This document shows, one piece after another, positions 25,643 to 39,185 of a stretch of DNA of 64,000 bases; position 1 is the first letter of the stretch; each line of letters starts with the position of its first letter. The position numbers were made by a program, and so were the translations under genes. The DNA is from Podarcis melisellensis (taxonomy: Eukaryota): the NCBI GenBank assembly GCA_964234715.1, contig OZ174284.1; one strand, written 5' to 3'. The notes under the pieces are model-generated. The model was given only the letters and a program-made list of their open reading frames with translations, searched no databases and was not told where the DNA came from.

Positions 25643-28491
25643 CCACTCCCCCAATCTCTTGCTCAATTTCAATTTAAAGCTCATTAACTGGACTTGTTGC
25701 TTCAACTTTAGTGGGAACTAGAGAAAGCTCTTTGATGTTAGCCTATATCTGGAAGCTTAATAAGAGCAGGAAAAAGAATTAAATGACAGTGGTAAAAAAG
25801 AGAGGATACCCAAGACATAATTACACTGTTGTTCTAACCCAGAATTACATGTTCATCAGTGACAGAGCATCAGGGTCCTCTCCTCATCCACTTGAAATGA
25901 GCGTGTTTGGAATCTACACTTTGTTTGTGCCAAAATATGTGTCCACTTCCAATCGGTTTTGTAAAAGAACCTTCCACCAGTCTTTATGCAAAAGATTCTA
26001 AAGATAAGGGGAACGGAGAAAGAAGGCAGGACTTCCCTCCCTCCAGCTAACACAGTCGCTCCAGGTCAATCTGAAGTATCTTTTGTTCCAGTATTATTTA
26101 CATGACCATAATGTAGTCCTTGTGAAGATAAATGCAAGATTTCAGGCTGTAGAATTGCTAGTGATAACTTTTTGCCAATCCTAATTTTATTTGAAGGAAG
26201 ACATCAGTCAGCAGGCAACACAGCCACTTATGTACCGTATCTTCCTTTCTTAGCATCTTCAGGTGATTACTTTTGCTCTCGAGGCGGAAGATCAGTTACC
26301 TCCAAGCCTTCAAGCTAATGGAGCTGCTGATATAATTTTGATTCACTCCCTGGAAATGTTGGCTTCTTTTTCTAAGCACTGAAGTGATGAAGAAGACCTA
26401 TGAGGTCATCAGTGCAACCCTGCTAGTGCCAGATGACTCCCTACAGGATACTTTAGTGTGTCTTGTTTTAATAACATTGAGCTCTTTTCATCTGCAAAGC
26501 ACTTTACAAGCAGCAACTAATTAATCCTCAGAGCTCCTCAGTAAGGTACATGTTGCTACTATTGTCTTACCAGCCTGAAAATCATAGCAGTGAGGTTTGC
26601 CCTGTGGACGCAGATGCAGTCAGTATCAGCAAAAACAGAAGTATTGTCTAGTCATATGCACAAACTAGAGTTTCATGTTACTCATCCAATTAAAATAACT
26701 GAAAAATACCTCTCAGATTTATGATCTGGTCTAGTCTCTAATTCTATATCTACAGTGTTTAACAAAGCATCCCAGGTGTCGGAATTTCCATTGCATCGCA
26801 CTAAAACAGCTCTTGTCCTTCTGCTATGCCAGAAGCTGATTGAAGGAATGCAAGTGGAACCTCTGGAATTTGTTGCTTCATGACCCACACCCAAATCGTC
26901 ACTCATTTCCATTACAAACCAGATAAATGTCAATAGCCAAAGTAGCAAATTCCTGGATTTATATTGATGGCAATCTATAACTAATAAAGTAACTGCTAGG
27001 ACTGCAGTGCAAGGTGAGGAAACTTTTCAATTCACGAAGTTGACCCACAGAAAGTCCAGGGGGGCAAAGCCATTAATGGGCAGAGCCAAGAGCAGGTGGA
27101 GCTACCTGGTTCATCTCTCCCTCTCCTCTGCTCCCCTTCCTCCCCCTCTCTGTGCCACTTTCTCAGCTCTTCCCCCACCTCTCCCACCCTCCACCACTCC
27201 AGTTTTCCTTCTCTTCCTCTTCCCCCTCTCCTTAACAAAAGGTGGTAGAGCAGTTTCAGTATGGTGGGTTTTTTTTTAAATTTTCTCTCATTTAGACACA
27301 CTGAGAGGAAGTGGTCATGAAGTGAAAAAAAGCAGCATACTGGACAGAATCAGTAATGGTCAACATGTGCATGCACCTAATCTGGCCTATGTATCTATCA
27401 CCCGACTGTGACCAGCTGCTGGGCAATGGCGGCTGAATGTTGCTGCAAATTAACTCCTGTGTATTTCACTAACCAGGCTCTACCAATGGCAGAAGGGGTG
27501 GAGCCACTAGAGCAGCTTGGCATCATGGCCTAGATGCAGCTGAACACAACTTTTTAAAATTCCATTTGCTCAAAGCAGAACTCATAAAGCATCTTGCTTA
27601 TACAGTAATGCATTGATCGTTTAATTACCATTTACACTGCTATAGTTTAACACTCCTGAAATCAAATGCAAATATACGTGCGCACACTTCACCCGTAACC
27701 CTCAACATGTCATTCTCAGGGCTGTACACATTGTCCTGTCATTAATAAACAAAACAAACAAATGCATAATTACAATTCAAAGAAGGATCCAAATCCACTT
27801 AAAGGCTGAAAGAAATGAGTGGATGACATATCCATCGATTTTTATTGCTCTGGACTTCTGTTCATAGAACAAGCTAATAAAGAGGGGGAAAGAAGACTTT
27901 GAGAACGTAACAAAATGAATAGCTAACTTCATTGTAGCAGGACTATTCCCTCTAATTACAAGTCAGTAAATTAAGTTCTTTTACAAGGGAAATGCAGTCC
28001 TCACTACTCTGACAGCTGATTAATGCACACCGCTCATGCTCTTTCACACATTTAATGTTATTTTTTGCCATTCTCCTGTGACTCCCCTTAGTATTCTTAG
28101 CGTATTGCACTTGGTTATGCAACGGCTAGTTGCAATGCTGTGAGTAGCTTTGACAGTCATCTCTTCACACTGCAGCTACATTGAAGTACTCTCTAAAGCA
28201 GAAAGGGTAGATTCTACCAGCCCAGGAACTTACACGGACAATAGGGAAATCTGTAATGCAACCATAACTCAACCACATCTATAGCCAGAAATATTGTGGT
28301 ACTTGTAGAAATAGCCTAAGGGTATAACAGTTTCAATATGAAACAGGAAAAATCTATCTGGCAGTTTAATATGTTTAAATCAAAGTTATGAATAATTTTA
28401 TTAGAAGTTTTCTTTAAAAAGAAAAATTCAGCTGCCCACCAATGTTTTCAAGTCAGCCAACACAGCCATGAAATTAAGGGTATGATTCTTC

Positions 28492-29245
28492 ACCCTGCGG
28501 CACCCCACTTGTCACTTTTCCCAGGATGGTGAGGAACCATTCATGAGCACTCTTTGGGTTCGGATAGTCAACCAGCTACAAATCCACCTAACAGTTACCT
28601 CATCCAGTCCACATTTTAACAGCTTCTCTGCAAGAATATCATGGAGGACTTTGCCAAAAGCCTTACTGAAATAAAAAAAAAAAACAATTTTGTCCACAAC
28701 GTTCCCCTGATCCACCAAGCTTGCAACTCAACATGTTTTTGAGAAACCCACGGTAGGTCTTAGTCAGGGGTAGACAACCTAAGGCTCATGGGCCACAAGC
28801 AGCCCACAGGGGTCATTTAACCGGCCCATGAGCCGCCCCCAAACCAAGCCACCCGCTTGGCAAGTCCCCGCACGCTGCACTAAACCGGCGCAGTGCGGCG
28901 CGGGGACTCACTTCTGCGGTGCCAGAAATCGTGTCTGCGCAGATGCGATTTCTGGCACTGCGGAAGCGAGTCCCCTCACCGTGCTGTGCCGGTTTAGTTA
29001 AACGTGCTGCACCGGTTTAGGTAAACCTTGCCGACCCCTGGTCTTAGTAATCACAGCATCCTTTTCTAAGTGCTCACAGACCAACAGTTTAATTATGTGT
29101 TCTAGGACCTTTCCTGGTATCAACATCAAGCTGACTTGTCAGTAGCTACCAGCGTCTTCTCCCCCCATCCCATTTTGAATATGGGCACAACATTTGCCTA
29201 CCTCCAGTCTGCAGGGACCTCAGCTGTTCTCCCAGAATTGTCAAA
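28492..29245 (-). mobile_element. CR1 LINE RT fragment, interrupted by a MITE
   Basis: Minus-strand peptide FSKAFGKVLHDILAEKLLKCGLDEVTVRWICSWLTIRTQRVLMNGSS, followed by GVPQG. Confidence 0.85.
28765..29040. mobile_element. hAT (Charlie-like) MITE with internal palindrome, nested in CR1
   Basis: 8-bp TSD gtcttagt at 28757-28764 and 29041-29048; termini CAGGGGTAGACAA / TTGCCGACCCCTG; internal hairpin centred near 28939. Confidence 0.88.
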
Positions 29246-29331
29246 ATGCTTTAGTTGAGATTCCTGCATTGCAGGAGGTTGGGCTAGATGACCCTCAGGG
29301 ATCCTTCCAACTCTGCAATTCTTTGGTTCTA
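29246..29331 (+). mobile_element. CR1 3' terminus
   Basis: gctttagttgagattcctgcattg...ctagatgaccct...ttccaactct...attct, matching 53883-53966. Confidence 0.8.
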
Positions 29332-30331
29332 AGTCCATTGTGCATCAAGAGTTGGGCCTTGATTAACAGGGCTCTACGATTTCATGCCAGGAGCAGGGAA
29401 TCTGTGGCCCTCCAGATGGCGGGCTACAACTTCCATCAGCTCCAGCCAGTAAGGTGGGAGGGGTTCAGCACTTTCTGAAGGGCCACATGATCTGTGCCAA
29501 TGCCTCTGTGTGCAGACTCTGTAGCCACTTAGGAAAGCATTTACTCCAGTTTTGTGTTGCAGCCAACAACACGAATTTACCATGTGTTGCATACCTTCCT
29601 CTGACTTTATTTATTGTAACCAGGCACCTCATATCTGAGTACAAAGTACCCGTGTGTCCCATCAAGTGGGGGGGGGGGGCTCAGCATCTGTGCAGAATTA
29701 GATATGTGACACTTTAAAAAAAAAGCTTGGAAGTGGCATCTTGATCTTTTCCTGGCCAAAACAATCAAGCTGAAACAGCAAACTGGAAAGGAAATTCTCT
29801 GTTTTGCTTATATACAGTGTTATATGTTTAAATTTGGCTTGAGTATATATTTGAATAATTGGTTTTCTTCATGCAAAACATGTCTATTCGCAAAAACACA
29901 ACAGTACCAATTTAGGAAAACTATTTATTATTCACTATTCCTTTCCTATCAAATGACATAGCTTCCACTCTTAAAATGCAGCTTTCTGTGTGATAGAAGG
30001 TAGCTTGGTTTAGTACAGCAATAAAACATTCCACAATTACTTTTGTGAACTTATGTCACAGGAAGAAATGAAGAATAACTTTTTCAATTGAACCTGCAGG
30101 GAGAATTCTGGTGAGCAGAATTACTGAGGCTGGAATTTAGCCAGGATATCAAACTAATAAACCAAAATGCTACGAGAACTTTATTTAACACTGTACTTTT
30201 ATAAAGGTTACCTGTAATGCAAATATCAATAAAACTGTAAGAATGCACAGGCCTATTACTAATGGCATGTAGCATTATGGAAAACACAGTTCTAGATTTG
30301 GAGAGCTCTGGATCCTAAGTTTGGAGATGAC

Positions 30332-30473
30332 CAGTGCTTTTTTCTGGGGGGATGCAGGGGTACGCATACCCCTAAACATTTTATGAATCTAAGTTTGGCC
30401 TCATTGAGGGCAGTATTTCAATATGAGTAGAAAAATGAGAGTACCCCAAAAAAAATCTCAGAAAAAAGCACTG
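30332..30473. mobile_element. hAT-type MITE
   Basis: TIRs cagtgctttttt / aaaaaagcactg; 8-bp TSD gagatgac at 30324-30331 and 30474-30481. Confidence 0.88.
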
Positions 30474-31742
30474 GAGATGACCATAGACAACCTGTTCTTA
30501 TAGAAATGTTCATTTTCTAAAATCTGTGTGACATAATGACTGGATATGATTTAAGAATAAGGGGCGTGATTTTGAGGCCAATGTGTGCATATGCAAGATA
30601 CCAAAATCCTATCAGGCCTATTTCTAAGTCTTTACTGGGGGGTAGAGGTCTGTATTTAATATTCTTTCACTGGCAATAATTTCCAGCATGGTTAGGTTAT
30701 ATAAATTGACAAAATGCAGGATTGGGAGGTTATAGCTGTTTAGTGCTTCTGATTAATAAGCTGTACTGAGAGGTCTCCTGAAACAAAAAACATTCCTTCC
30801 CCACAGAACGCAGTAACAGCAGGTTGCACATTCTTGCCAGGGGCAGATTTAGGGCTGTGCGAGCGGGCACCATCTCAAAGCCTGGTAGGCAAGGCATTGG
30901 AGTTTGGGAAGGAGGTGTGAGGCTCTGGCAGGGTCCGAGAGTACTCATGCCTTCTTCCCAATGTCTATAACTCCGACATAAATGGAAAATTAATAACCAA
31001 CCTATTGAGCAAGTAACATCTTTTAGATATCTTGGAATAATTTTTGATGAGAAGGGATCTTGGTGCCATCAGATTAAGAATTCCATTGTAAATGCGCAAA
31101 GATCTTCCAGAGCTATCATAAGATTCTTTTACAGAAAAGGAGGTCAATATGTTCCTGCTGCCTCCCAGGTCTTTGTTGCAAAAATACTTCCACAATTGAT
31201 GTATGGCACCCAGATATTTAATTGTCAAAAACTCAAGTCCCTGGAATCTGTACAAACTAAATTTTACCGCTCCCTACTAGGGTTACCTACCTGTGTCTCC
31301 AACACAGCCATCAGGCTGGAGGTAGGTCAACTCCCTATTAATGTCAGGATATGGATCCTGAAGATTCACTTCTGGCTAAAACTCATATTTTTCCCAGTGG
31401 GAGTGGCTCCATTGACTCTACTAGACCCGTTCCAGTCTAAATGGAGATTGTGCTTTATGAAAAATTGAAGGGCCTGGGGCTTTCCCCACAAGAACTTATA
31501 GCCTCAGGTTTTGAAAAAGCTAAAAGGATGGTGAGCCAGCGAATAGGAGATGTAGAGCTTCAGGACCATATGAGCAAGATAGATAAATATCCAGCTATCC
31601 AAGATTATGGAAAAGGGTTTAATCTAACACCATATTTGCTGGATCTACAAATCGCAAAATACAGGCGGGCGTTTACCCGTACCAGATTTGATGTACTGCC
31701 ATCTGCCTTACTAAAGGGCAGATACGAGGGCACACCCTATGC

Positions 31743-33223
31743 CAGTGTTTCCCAACCGGTGTTCCGCGGCACACTAGTGTGCCGCCGGACGTTGCCTAGT
31801 GTGCCGTGGGAGGGAGGCGGGCGAGCCAGGCTAATCCTCCGACGAGCTCCACCTCCAGACCCATTGCTCAAATCCTTTAACCCAGGAGGGCGGGGAGGGG
31901 GGGGGAGAAAGAGAAAAAAGAAAGGGTGGGAAAAAAGAAGGGGAAGAGAAAATATTTTTTAAAAAAAGGAAAGAGGGAAAAAAGCGAGGGATGGAGGAAG
32001 GGGAATAAACAGAAGGGGAGGACAATGAAGAGGGGCGGGGCTTGGCAGACAGCAGATAACTGGGGAGGGGGGCGCGGCTGGCGGCGGCTCAAGGCAGGAA
32101 GGGAGGAGCTGCCTCGCGGAGAGTCTTGGGCTGCAGAGATTTCCCATTCAGGAGCGCGGGAGGCCACGCCGTGGATGGGAATCTCCTCCTCCTCTTCCTC
32201 CTCCTCCTCCAGGAGAGAGGGTGGTCCGCCCCACCGAGTCGGGCGTGCTCAAGCGTGGGAGCCTATAGTTAGAGCTCAGCTCCTTTTCTTGCCTTCCCCG
32301 CCTCCCCACGGAGCACATTTTCCTCGCCCCCCCAACCCCCGCATGTAGAATAGAAGCCCTCCAGCCTCCACGGTGCACAAACTCTCCCCTCTGCAACGAA
32401 GCGCTTTGTTGCATATCTTTGGTGAGGTTTTTAGGCAGTCTTGGTGCACCTTAAATCAGCGCTAATTGCGCCTGGACGCAGTATTTACTTCCGAGTAGGC
32501 CCCCTCCCCCCCGGTAGCACCTGACGTTGCTATTCGTATCATCAGGTTTGTTTGTTGATAATTTAATTGTTTTAAAAGCATCATGCTAAAGAGCTCTCTC
32601 CCACCCCCAGACCCTTGGGCAAAACAGAAACACACACATACACAAACACAGAGATTGAGCCCTGCAGGTTTTATGAAATGAATGGATTCTGAATGCCTGT
32701 TTCAGTGGCTTGTCCGCCTTAGGCTGCTGGGCCAGACACCTGTTACACGGTGCAGTCCGTAAGCTGTGAGCGCTGCTACCTGCCGCCGAGACCACGTAAC
32801 GACAGTCTTGAAAGACCTACATTGGCTCCCAGTACCTTTCCGAGCACAATTCAAAGTGTTGGTGCTGACCTTTAAAGCCCTAAGCGGTTTCGGTCCAGTA
32901 TACCTGAAGTAGCGTCTCCGCCACCATCGTTCAGCCCAGACACTGAGATCCAGTGCCAAGGGCCTTCTGGCAATTCCCTCACTGTGAAAAGTGAGGTTAC
33001 AGGGAACCAGGCAGAGGGCCTTCTCAGTAGTGGCGCCCGCCCTGTGGAATGCCCTCCCATCAGACATCAAAGAGATAACCATTACCTTCTATGCTGTTAC
33101 TATTTTTTTATTTTTTTTTACGTAAGTAAAAAGTGACCTTTCCCCATCTGGCATGGTGGTGTGCCTCGAGATTTTTTTCATGAAACAAGTGTGCCTTTGC
33201 CCAAAAAAGGTTGGGAAACACTG
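31743..33223. mobile_element. Non-autonomous hAT (Charlie/Buster-like) element, 1481 bp
   Basis: Perfect 15-bp TIR CAGTGTTTCCCAACC / GGTTGGGAAACACTG; 8-bp TSD ccctatgc at 31735-31742 and 33224-33231. Confidence 0.92.
32782..33078 (+). mobile_element. Internal L2 ORF2 fragment inside the hAT element
   Basis: High similarity to the reverse complement of about 47672-47970 (the RDH...LHWLPV...KVLVLTFKAL...WNALPSD region); no L2 tail. Confidence 0.85.
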
Positions 33224-35084
33224 CCCTATGCTGAACGAGTTTGCCCATGTGGTCTGAAAGAGGTGGAAACGGCTTCACATGTGTTGTTACACTGCGACCT
33301 TTACGGGGATATTAGGTCACTGTTTATCTCCCCTATCGTTCAGAAATTTCCAGGTCGATCTGAATCTCAGCGGCTGAAAATCCTACTAGGAGATAAAAAC
33401 CCAGAAGTAACACTGAAAGTGGCCAAATTTTCTGCGGCTGCGATCAAGCGGAGGGCATTAGCTGTAAAAAAGTAAAAGACTTGACCCCTGGACAAGCCCC
33501 CCCATTTTTTTAAGTCTATACATATACTGTAGTGCATATATGTGTATATATGTGTGTGGGGGGGTGTGTGTGTGCATATGTGTATTGCTTTTATGTATAA
33601 TTTTACAATTTTTAATTGACACCATTATTCCCTTTGTAAACTATTGTTGTTTTTTATGTTTTTTCTGGTCTATGACCGTAATAAATTCATTCATTCATTC
33701 ATTCATTCATTCATTCAATGTCTAGTTAGTACTTTTGGAAGGAGGTGGATGGGCTCCTCTTCTTCAATCCTAACAAGCCCTCACACCTCCTTCCAAAAGC
33801 TGAATGCATCCTTACCTGCCTTTGGGAAGGACTGGGGGAACCAAATTTTGGCCTTGCACGGGGCACCATAGTACCAAGTCTGCCACTGCTCTTGCACATG
33901 ATCCATCATGATTCTGGGGGACAATAGCAACTTCTAGTAATGCTGCAGGACTAACAGATCTTCCAAAGTTTGGAGGAGTCATTTCTAATGTTGATCAGAT
34001 GCTGTTATGTTGTTTTAACAGACATTACAATATGATAGTTGCAGGTACATAAGATTAGTGGGGTGGGATAGCAGAAGGCATGGGATAATGGCATGGGCAC
34101 ATGTTGAATAAAATGGAGAGAGTAAACAGTTTGAATTAAATGGCAGAGTTACTTTCAGCAGGGCAGTTATGTTTGGGAGACACAATTCAATTTCTTTAGC
34201 TGGTATATCGGACTAACTGTGAAATAACTCCTTAGATAGTCCCCATCAGCTCCACCACTCTGAAAATCATTATCATTCTGCTCTTTCAAGTCTGCCTCAC
34301 TCTTCGGCAATCTAAGCCTCATGGGGGGAAATTAAACTTATATTTTATTGCCATAATCTTCTCCATCATGTGTAGTTTTATCACGGACCAGCCTGCCTGC
34401 CCCCACCTCCCTGCAATGGGTTCCACACAAAGAAAAATGCAAGAAGTTCGTGTCGTTCATGTAAGAGTGCAATGCTTCATTTAGATAGAAGGCTATTTGG
34501 GATAAATTCCTGACATATTTTATTTGTCTGTAAAATGCCATGTTCACTTTGGGCACTGATAACTGAAACTAATAATAATAAAGAATAAGAATACACTCAG
34601 TCAGTGAGGAGCCAAGGCAGCAGAGGCTACTGACATCTATAAGCAAGTAACCAAACCTGACACACAGTGTGGCAAGGGCAAGATCCCTTCAGAGCAGGAA
34701 TTAAAATGGTTCATTCTGGAGGACTAGAGAGCATTCTCCCACAAGCTGTTCCTCAATTTTAGAAAGAGGGTGGTACAATTTAGCTAATTTTAGCTGTTCT
34801 TTAATGCAACATTTCTTCTTCCCTCCCTTCATCTCCCTTGTCTGTGTGGATGAAAGCCTGGCAAATATCCACACATCTCAAAGGATCCAGGATTCAAGAA
34901 TCTGACATATGAAATCTTTTATTAGACCAGCTTTTTGGTAGAGTAGCAGGCTTCTGAACCCTGCCTGCTTGATGGCTTCAGACTCTGATATACCCACAGT
35001 GCTGGCTCAGTATAAAGTATCAGCTGAAATATGCTGGATCTACTTTGACTCTCTTCTCTTCTGAATCAGCCTTTTCGCCAGTTT

Positions 35085-35620
35085 CTTTCTTTTTTAATAA
35101 ATAAATAAATTTAGTTTTATTGATTTCCAATATATAACAACAATTACAAAAAAAGGAAACAGATACCAAAACAAAATCCCAACTTACCCCCTACAGGACA
35201 GATTAAGCTAATTAAGTTCACCCAAGTCCAATCTGTAATTTCGGTGGTTGCTATTCTTCAGGGTTATATTTTATAAAAGCATGTTGAAAACACAATGTCA
35301 ACAAAATCATCTACTATTATTCAATGCATGTAATCTCTTTGTTATTCTTTTCTGATAGAGCAATAGATCATACATTCTGTTTCCAATGAGATACACACAG
35401 ACGTTCCAATCCTTTCCATTTCTGTGCCTCTAGTAGGCGTGCTGCTACAAAAAGAAAAGTAATTAGTTTGTTGTAAGAAAGGTCAGATTGCCCTTCTTTA
35501 AAAATAGTTAAACCCAAACTTGAGGAGCATTCCACATGCTGACCCGTAATTTAGCTTATTTCTGTAAATGTCTTCTGCCAGAAGGGCTTTATATGTTCAC
35601 ATATCCACCACATGTGAAAT
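35085..35620 (-). mobile_element. L1-clade LINE 3' fragment
   Basis: Minus-strand FHMWWICEHIKPFWQ is the L1 ORF2 C-terminal motif; there is an AATAAA and an A-rich tail on the minus strand at about 35085-35121. Confidence 0.7.
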
Positions 35621-36635
35621 TTGATTGAGATTTTGATTGAATCCTATACTCATCAGTTCTCATTTCATTTTATCTCCCTCTTTCCCCCTCTACAACTACA
35701 TACACTTTTAATTACCAAAGGGCTTGGGCCAGAAAACCTGACTCGATTTTCAAGTCAGACCCAAAGTGACTGAAGGTTAGGTAGAACACTATATTGCTTT
35801 GTCTTATCTACCAGTGCTGAGTTACAAGATTGATAAATGGCCCTCCTGAAACAAACTAAAGGTTTGCAATTTATTTCAGTGGCTGCATAATTCCTGATAA
35901 TTTCTCTGTGACCTCCCTGAGAATCACAGAGTAGCTGACATTTGATGGGATTGTATTGTAAAGATCACTTATTACAAGACTAAAGCGAAACTAAGTACAA
36001 AGCATGTATATGAATTTTCAAATGTTTTCAAGCAAGAAAGGATTGGGCCCCTGCTCTCATATATGTTGAATGAAACAAACACAGTTTAACAATTGACCAA
36101 AAAAAGTAAAATTGTTCTCATGTTCCATACCTAAGACAAATAAGGCTCTCAAATGTGTGAAGGCAGCTCTGTGGATCCAGTTCTGGAGGGGAAAACATGG
36201 AGAACCTTTACATGACTGACAAAAAGCTAAAGAGGTCAGGGATACTTGATCAGGAAACAGGGTTTGAATCTCCCCTTTTTGTCATTGGTTGGTTCAGAAA
36301 AAGCTGTCTCTCCCCGCCTCCTTTTTTATTTTTAAAGCCAGTGGGGCTAATGCAGCAAGAAGTGTAGCCTCCAAGTCCATAAGGCTACAGCAAACCTATT
36401 CTCTAGCTGCACAGGTAGATGTGGAAGAATCTGCATGGCATTTCAGATGAGGCTAGTTACCCATCCATGTGCACTTGTCACACCTTATTCTTGCAACTTG
36501 TCAGGTTGTCAGAGTCCTGACTTATCTTTAGCCCGTACCTGTTTCTTGTCAATGCTTGTCCATCTTAGACCTACTTATCTGTTTGCAGGGATAGCACAGG
36601 CTACTAAAAGTATGATGTTCTACCATACAAGTTAG

Positions 36636-36676
<41 letters not shown>

Positions 36677-37227
36677 CATGTGTGTCCAGTGCATGCATGA
36701 GAAAGAGAGAGAGAGAGAGAGAGAAGATGGTGGGTGGGTGGGCATTAGTTATGTTTCTGTTATCAGTTAATCTATCCTGTAAATAATACCCAAACATTCC
36801 TTTAAAATCATGAGGCTTTCAGAGGCTTAGGCTCTATGTATATTATTTTAGTCTGCTGTTGTTTTTTTATTTAATTGTTTTATATATTTTGTAAAGAATT
36901 GTTTTATTTTCGTTTTATGGTATCTGCTTCCAGGGAGGGTTTTGCTCTGAAATGCTAGAATGAATGAATGGAATAAATAAATTAGTAGAAACTGTGCTAG
37001 CCCACATGACCATAGCTCAGTGTTGCAAAATCAAAATGCCATTGTAAATAAACATGGGCAGTCCGTGCCAGCACCACAGCCAGCTTCTCTGTGTCCTAAA
37101 CACTACAATGTCTTTGGCTCTTTACTTCATTTAGTCACTAGGTAGTATACTAGGCAAGCCCTAAAAATTCTGCAAAGTTTCATATTCTCTCTACAGCTTC
37201 ATGTATCTCTTTCCCTTTGTTGCCACT

Positions 37228-37229
<2 letters not shown>

Positions 37230-37294
<65 letters not shown>
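37230..37294. repeat. (GA)n microsatellite
   Basis: Direct reading. Confidence 0.95.
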
Positions 37295-37297
<3 letters not shown>

Positions 37298-38799
37298 TAA
37301 GAAGAATGCATATTTTCTCATGGATAATTTATATAGTAACAGAACCAAAGTTAATCCTTCCTTTCAAGCCTATCCCATGTATGTAATTTACACATAGGAA
37401 AATAGATGTTTTGGCAGCAGCTTCCAGGGATTTGAAGAGAAAAGCACTGCTTGTGTCACAGAAATTATAAATGAAATGCCTCCATTTGATAATCTCATTT
37501 TTCCCCTGGTCAATTTCAAGATTGTTCTCCATAGAATATTCCCTCACTAGTTATACTCTAAAATGATTCAAGCAGTAGGGCTGCTGCCATTAGAAGATTA
37601 TCCCACATTCTAATAAAGCACACCCTTAGGAACTGTTGTCTGATAATTCGGACTAAAAAAATTCTGGCTCTCAGATTTATCCTATTATATTAATTACGCT
37701 CCTGTAGTTTAGCTTAAACAATTCATTTCACCATATGTTGATTCTGTCCTTCAAAATACCTATCTGTGATTGTCATATCAAGCCACACATACAGCCATCT
37801 TTTTGCCAAACCAAAGATGATTAGTTCTCTTAACCTTTTCTTGTAAGCTAGTTTTATTTGGTCTTTCAGATGACAAGCCAGAGAGAATTAAGACAAGTGC
37901 CAAACCATTACGGATGGGGTTAGTCCTGTCTGGGTTATATGAGCTGGCACGTAGCAACTGACCTGCTGGAGCAAAATTAACACACACACAAAAGCCATTA
38001 AGTGAAACAGCAGGTCACTGTGACACTGCCCAGCTCTGGTGCATAAATACCAAGAGATAGCAACTTGGAAAGCATGCTCTTTCCTCTGTTTTGTCTTGCA
38101 GGGCCAAACTGGAACTGCCATGCATATGCCAGGAGGACCGTGCCTTTGGATAAGTAGGAAGCAATGTAATCCTGCTTCTTACTGCCAGGTGGTTGGTGGG
38201 GGGACAATCCACCCGGACTCGGCAGGACTCATTTACAGCAGCTGCCACTCTATAATGGAGCAAACTGAGGGCAGAACAAGACGTTACAACAAACGTGAAG
38301 CTGCCACCACTCTGTATTTCTTTCTTCCCAGCAATGTATAGCACAAGAAGGGGTGCAATAGGATACCATTGCACCATGTATTTCCTTTTCGCTGTTGATC
38401 AGTTATGCGAGGAACAGGAGAATGAAAAACCCACACCATGTTGAATCTCAGAGGTATGAACAGTGATCACACCCTGAGGCCATCCCATGGCTCATTGATT
38501 GCTCCAGTCAGGGTCAGACTTTAGAATATAATCCTAGGGCCCTGAACCTCTGGGGCCTCCCAAGGATGTTAGCAAATTATGGGTGCTGATGTCATGATAG
38601 AAAACTTGTCCAGCAGCCATCTTGGGCATACCAGGAATGAACCTGGTCACCATATCAGCTCTCCTACTCCTCCATCCCTTAATATGTGCCATTTTTCTCC
38701 CTGCGAAAGAAAACGATATAGACTACATTGTTTAGAATATGATGGCTGCTTTATCATGTGCTCGGATGGAGGAGGAGTCCAAGCTGTGAACGACTTTAA

Positions 38800-39012
38800 A
38801 ATTACGAATGCTTTGGATTACGAGCTCCGCTAACCTGGAAATAGATGCCCCTTGTTGCAAATTTCGCCCTGGGATGTGAGCGGAAGTCGCGCGTCGGCGG
38901 CATGGCAGCAGCAGGAGGCGCCATTAGCAAAAGCAAGCCTCATGTTAAGAATGGTTTCTGGTTACAAACAGACCTCCGGAATGAATTAAGTTCGTAACTG
39001 GAGGTACCACTG
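38800..39012. mobile_element. Diverged Tc1/pogo-type MITE related to 18357-18582
   Basis: Ends ...gacctccggaatgaattaag...gaggtaccactg|ta; internal cagcagcaggaggcgccattagc. Confidence 0.7.
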
Positions 39013-39185
39013 TAGTGGCAACCTTCCCCAGAACTAATAAAACAATTCTGTTCTTTATGCCATGACCCTCATACAGGGCAGATTGGGATAAAAGAAAGAG
39101 GCCTCTCTTGCTGCAGGGGTAGTCATGTCTCCTGCTATGAAACTACTGCATGAATACAGGCTCTTCCCAATATATGGGAAAGCTT

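Larger units (their letters stand above)
30968..33715 (+). mobile_element. 5'-truncated RTEX-like LINE (RT C-terminus plus Cys/His zinc knuckle), split by a hAT insertion
   Basis: Peptides IEQVTSFRYLGIIF...LESVQTKFYRSLLGLP...RAFTRTRFDVLPSALLKGRYEGTPYA|ERVCPCGLKEVETASHVLLHCDLY; AATAAA plus (ATTC)n tail; TSD caatgtcta at 30959-30967 and 33716-33724. Confidence 0.8.
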
